Source: Bryobacterales bacterium | GTDB lineage: Bacteria; Acidobacteriota; Terriglobia; Bryobacterales; UBA6623 | Direction: 5' to 3' | Length of the DNA stretch: 64,000 nucleotides | NCBI GenBank assembly: GCA_965200705.1 | Contig: OZ241376.1 | Coordinates: forward strand, 3,691,810-3,755,809 | Shown here: positions 60,756 through 64,000 of the stretch, piece by piece | Numbering within the stretch: the first letter of the stretch is position 1 | Layout: each line of letters begins with the position of its first letter | Notes under the pieces: model-generated | What the model was told of the DNA's origin: nothing | Database searches by the model: none | The model's input: only the letters and a program-made list of their open reading frames with translations | Position numbers and translations under genes: made by a program

Positions 60756-61252
60756 TGCACACCTATCGCGACTCCCAAATCCATCAGGCATCGAACGGCT
60801 AGCAGCACTTCGAGGGCCGTGGGTCATGAGGTCCAGGTCGCTTGGCGACCTAGTAGGTAAGCTTGCCAGCTGTCGCGGTGACCGGAACTTGGCCAAGGAC
60901 GCCCTCGGTCAGCGACGGCTCGATCATGCCAACAGAATCGTTGGCGACCATAGCTGCAGACATCGTTCAAGACAGCTGGCGGCTCTCGTAGGTCTGAGAG
61001 GATTCGCGCCACAGCTGCGGATTCAGAGTGCGTTGACTTGGCAATCGTCGCCAAGAGCGGCATGGGGTACGCGGGACGGAGCAAGAAGCTGTGCTTCTTA
61101 GATCGATGGGAAACGGCACGGCAGCTGACGCTAATGGAGTCAGTTCTCCGTCCACGATCCAGTCATCAGGCTCGTCTGGCCCGGATCCGGGCCCAAGTAG
61201 GTCGATCAGTTAGAGACGATATGGTTCGATTCAACCCAAGGAGTCGAATGCA

Positions 61253-62752
61253 GTGAATTGGATACGCATCATGGCGCCATTCCTAGCCGTGACCGCGGCG
61301 TTCGGACAGCTCACTGAGCACGGCCCCGCGGACGCCTCGCCGTCAGGCTTGCTAGCTGGTGCTGCGCGGGCGGACATTACACCTCCGGTTGGGATCGCCC
61401 AGATGAATTGGGGATCCCAAACTCATATCGAGGCAACCTCGATCGACCCAGCGGGAATGCTGGTCACTGCGCTGGTTCTCTCGGACGGCACCAGCAGGTT
61501 CGCGATGGTTGACGTCGACCGTCTGTCCGTTACCGGTCTCGAGGATGCGATAGAAGCGTCATCCATCCGAACAGGCATTCCCGCGGCACACATCCGGCTG
61601 GCCGCGTCACATACGCATGCCGGTGCGGTTGTCAGCGCCGCCAAGGGGCCTCGGGGTGTGGACCTCTCGGAACATGCGGCACTTGTTGAGCGCTACCGCT
61701 TACAGGTCGTCGACAAGATCGTCGGCGCAATCGTCGAGGCGGACTCCCGTCTCGCACCCGCCCACCTGTATGGCGGCAAGGGGCTCGGCACCATCAACAT
61801 CAACCGGCGAGTCCGGGGCGATGGCGAGAATCCTCCGGCCGTGGGACGCAACCCCGATGGCTTTGTCGACCGGGATCTGATCGTGTTCCGTATCGACGAC
61901 GCTCATGGGCGCGCCATGGCGATCGTTGCGAATTACGCCTGTCACGGGACGTCCCTCGCCTATGCGAACAAGGCGATTTCCCCGGACTGGCCCGGAATGC
62001 TGAGGAAAACTGTCGAAACTTCGATGGATGGTGCCCTGTGTCTCTTTTTCCAAGGGGCTGCGGGCAATCAGGGGCCAATCGAGGGCTTTACCGGCGATTT
62101 GGGAATCGCCCACCGCTTGGGACGAACGCTCGGCCATCAGGTCGCGGCCATTGCGCACCAAATTGAGACCGTTGTACGCGAACCAACGTTCGAGGGCTTC
62201 GTCGAGTCCACTGCATACCAGGCCAAGCAGCACTGGCGCGTGAAGGGACCAAGGGACTCGACGCTTCGCTTCGCGTCGAAAATCGTGGATGTTCCGCGTC
62301 GTTCCTATAGCGAACGGGAGATCGAGGTCATGCAGTCCCGCCTCGCACGGGCGCGAGCCCAGGTCACCGCGCTCGCACCCTCGGCGGGCATGTGGGAGCG
62401 GCATCAAGTGGGAGCGAGGGTGCGCCGTTTCTCCGACCTGCTGGAGCAATGGACCGCTCCGGCCGACAGCTCGCCGGCTCAGATCGAAATTCAGGCCCTT
62501 CGGATCGGTGAACTCGCCATCGTCGCAATGCCGGGGGAGCCTTTCGCGGAGATTGGTGCCGCCGTTAAGTCGCGCTCCCCGTTCGAGTTCACGATGTTCT
62601 GTGCCTACTCAGACGGGGTTGGTGGCGACTACGTGCCGACCGATGACGAGTACGCTCAAGGGGGCTACGAGGTCGAAAGATCCCCCTACAACCCCGGCAC
62701 GGCGGAAATCATCGTCGATGCAGCCACGGAACTGCTCATCGGACTGCGCTGA
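61253..62752 (+). CDS. Neutral/alkaline ceramidase N-terminal-domain-like hydrolase, exported
   Basis: AGAARADITPP, ASHTHAG, NINRR, NYACHGT, ISPDWPG, FFQGAAGNQ, AMPGEPFAE, GGYEV. Confidence 0.85.
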   Translation: MNWIRIMAPFLAVTAAFGQLTEHGPADASPSGLLAGAARADITPPVGIAQMNWGSQTHIEATSIDPAGMLVTALVLSDGTSRFAMVDVDRLSVTGLEDAIEASSIRTGIPAAHIRLAASHTHAGAVVSAAKGPRGVDLSEHAALVERYRLQVVDKIVGAIVEADSRLAPAHLYGGKGLGTININRRVRGDGENPPAVGRNPDGFVDRDLIVFRIDDAHGRAMAIVANYACHGTSLAYANKAISPDWPGMLRKTVETSMDGALCLFFQGAAGNQGPIEGFTGDLGIAHRLGRTLGHQVAAIAHQIETVVREPTFEGFVESTAYQAKQHWRVKGPRDSTLRFASKIVDVPRRSYSEREIEVMQSRLARARAQVTALAPSAGMWERHQVGARVRRFSDLLEQWTAPADSSPAQIEIQALRIGELAIVAMPGEPFAEIGAAVKSRSPFEFTMFCAYSDGVGGDYVPTDDEYAQGGYEVERSPYNPGTAEIIVDAATELLIGLR

Positions 62753-62767
62753 CAGAAGAGGCGCCGA

Positions 62768-64000
62768 TCACCACGCCGCGACACTCCCGTCCGGATGCCA
62801 GCTCCGAGCCATTGGATTGGTCCCCTGGAATGGGTGCTTTGCCAAGGCCTCCTCATCGACCTCGAAGCCCAGGCCCGGCTTGTCCGGCAGCGGGAAGTAG
62901 CCGTTGACCATGCGCATGGCAGGGAAGCCGAGCCAGTCCTCCCAGAGCCGTTCCTTGGAGGTGGGCTCCACTCCCGAGCAGATTTCCTGAACGATGAAGT
63001 TCGACATCGCCGCGTCAACGTGCAGCGTAGCGATGCCTCCTATGGGTCCCTCGCAAGCATGCGGAGCCATATAGCATCCGGAGGCCTGCGCCATCGCCCC
63101 GACCTTCCACAGGGCCGTGATGCCGCCAACGTGATTGATGTCGCATTGAAGGATGTCGACTGTGCCGTCCTCGAGCAACTGCTGCGTCGAGTAGTGCGCT
63201 ACCAGACGCTCGCCCGTCGCGATAGGGGTCGTTGTGCGTTGAGTGATTCGGGCCATCGCCTTGTAGTTCTCCGGCGGGCAGGGCTCCTCGACGAACATCA
63301 GATGCAGAGGTTCCACCTCTTTGCAGATGATCGACGCCACTGTAGGGCTGGTCTTGGCGTGGAAGTCGATGCCGATGTCGATTCCGTCGCCCAAGCCCTC
63401 CCGAAGCAGCTGGATTCGCTTTACGGCGGTGTCGATACTGGCATGCGTTGCGATCCACTCGTAGTAACCCGGAATGCCACTCTTGAAGGCCGTGATTCCG
63501 AGGTCGTCCGCGGATACTCGGAGCGCCGCCAACTCCTCGGGTGTGTTGGCCCTTGCGTGGTAGTAGCCACGCACACCCCGCGAGTCGACCGGCCCGCCCA
63601 GTAGTCGATAGACGGGTTGGCCGAGAACCTTCCCTCGAATGTCCCACAGCGCTTGGTCTATGCCGGAAATGGCCGAACCCAGGATTGGACCCGCCCGGTA
63701 GAAGGCATGAATGTACATGCTCTGCCAAATGTGTTCGACCCGCATCGGATCCTGGCCGACGAAGAACTCCTTGAGGTCGTCGATGGTCTGTAGAACAGCC
63801 CCCGCCTTGCCCTCAAGGGTCGCTTCTCCCCAACCGACGATGCCCTGATCCGTCTCGATCTTGACGAACACGTAAGGCCGGTCGGAGTCGTCCTCCCATG
63901 TGACTCCATACGTCTTGAACCCAGTCACGCGGATCTTTCCAGTACCGTCCGCTATGGACGCCGCTACTGCCGGTGAGCATCCACATCCCGAAATCACCGA
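62768..64000 (-). CDS. Mandelate racemase/enolase-superfamily sugar-acid dehydratase, galactonate dehydratase-like (5' end probably beyond the window edge)
   Basis: VFVKIETDQGIVGWGEA, SAISGIDQALWDIRGK, IDFH, FVEEP, PIATGER, DINHVGGI, PGLGFEVDE. Confidence 0.9.
   Translation of the reverse strand, partial: SVISGCGCSPAVAASIADGTGKIRVTGFKTYGVTWEDDSDRPYVFVKIETDQGIVGWGEATLEGKAGAVLQTIDDLKEFFVGQDPMRVEHIWQSMYIHAFYRAGPILGSAISGIDQALWDIRGKVLGQPVYRLLGGPVDSRGVRGYYHARANTPEELAALRVSADDLGITAFKSGIPGYYEWIATHASIDTAVKRIQLLREGLGDGIDIGIDFHAKTSPTVASIICKEVEPLHLMFVEEPCPPENYKAMARITQRTTTPIATGERLVAHYSTQQLLEDGTVDILQCDINHVGGITALWKVGAMAQASGCYMAPHACEGPIGGIATLHVDAAMSNFIVQEICSGVEPTSKERLWEDWLGFPAMRMVNGYFPLPDKPGLGFEVDEEALAKHPFQGTNPMARSWHPDGSVAAW

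Overview
GC-rich bacterial DNA, most likely Acidobacteriota (Bryobacterales-like). A Calx-beta adhesin fragment and heavy IS decay hint at a marine host-associated (e.g. sponge) lineage; both the taxonomy and the habitat are inference. The window has three parts. (1) 1-28.4 kb is a dense cluster of three carboxypeptidase-regulatory-domain TonB-dependent receptors (one broken by two frameshifts), four CRTAC1/FG-GAP/ASPIC-UnbV beta-propeller proteins and four stand-alone exported TPR proteins, with rmuC, a Tat-exported TIM-barrel isomerase and a conserved hypothetical; uxaE and a fourth TonB receptor of a different family follow at 28.5-33.1 kb. (2) 33.1-48.5 kb is an accessory region of degraded IS elements (IS1595, two IS1634 types, two IS630 copies, IS66, ISKra4, IS1182). 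It also holds a sigma54 promoter followed by a Cys/His microprotein and a sensor-less sigma54 activator, chains of small phage-like ORFs, a Calx-beta fragment and an IS-split GluR0-type K+ channel. (3) 48.6-64 kb is mostly housekeeping and catabolic: MscS, Gfo/Idh/MocA plus HEAT protein, SGNH hydrolase, IS-interrupted NatB permease, sulfite-oxidase family, CoA transferase, hisS, a Gly/Gln-rich exported protein, a ceramidase-like protein and a sugar-acid dehydratase. The best candidates for new biology are the TonB receptor-CRTAC1-TPR module, the apparently autoregulated sigma54 microprotein/activator unit, and a TpA-erasing mutational signature in the multicopy IS elements. No rRNA, tRNA or CRISPR array was recognised. 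All family calls come from motif recognition by eye; no database searches were run.
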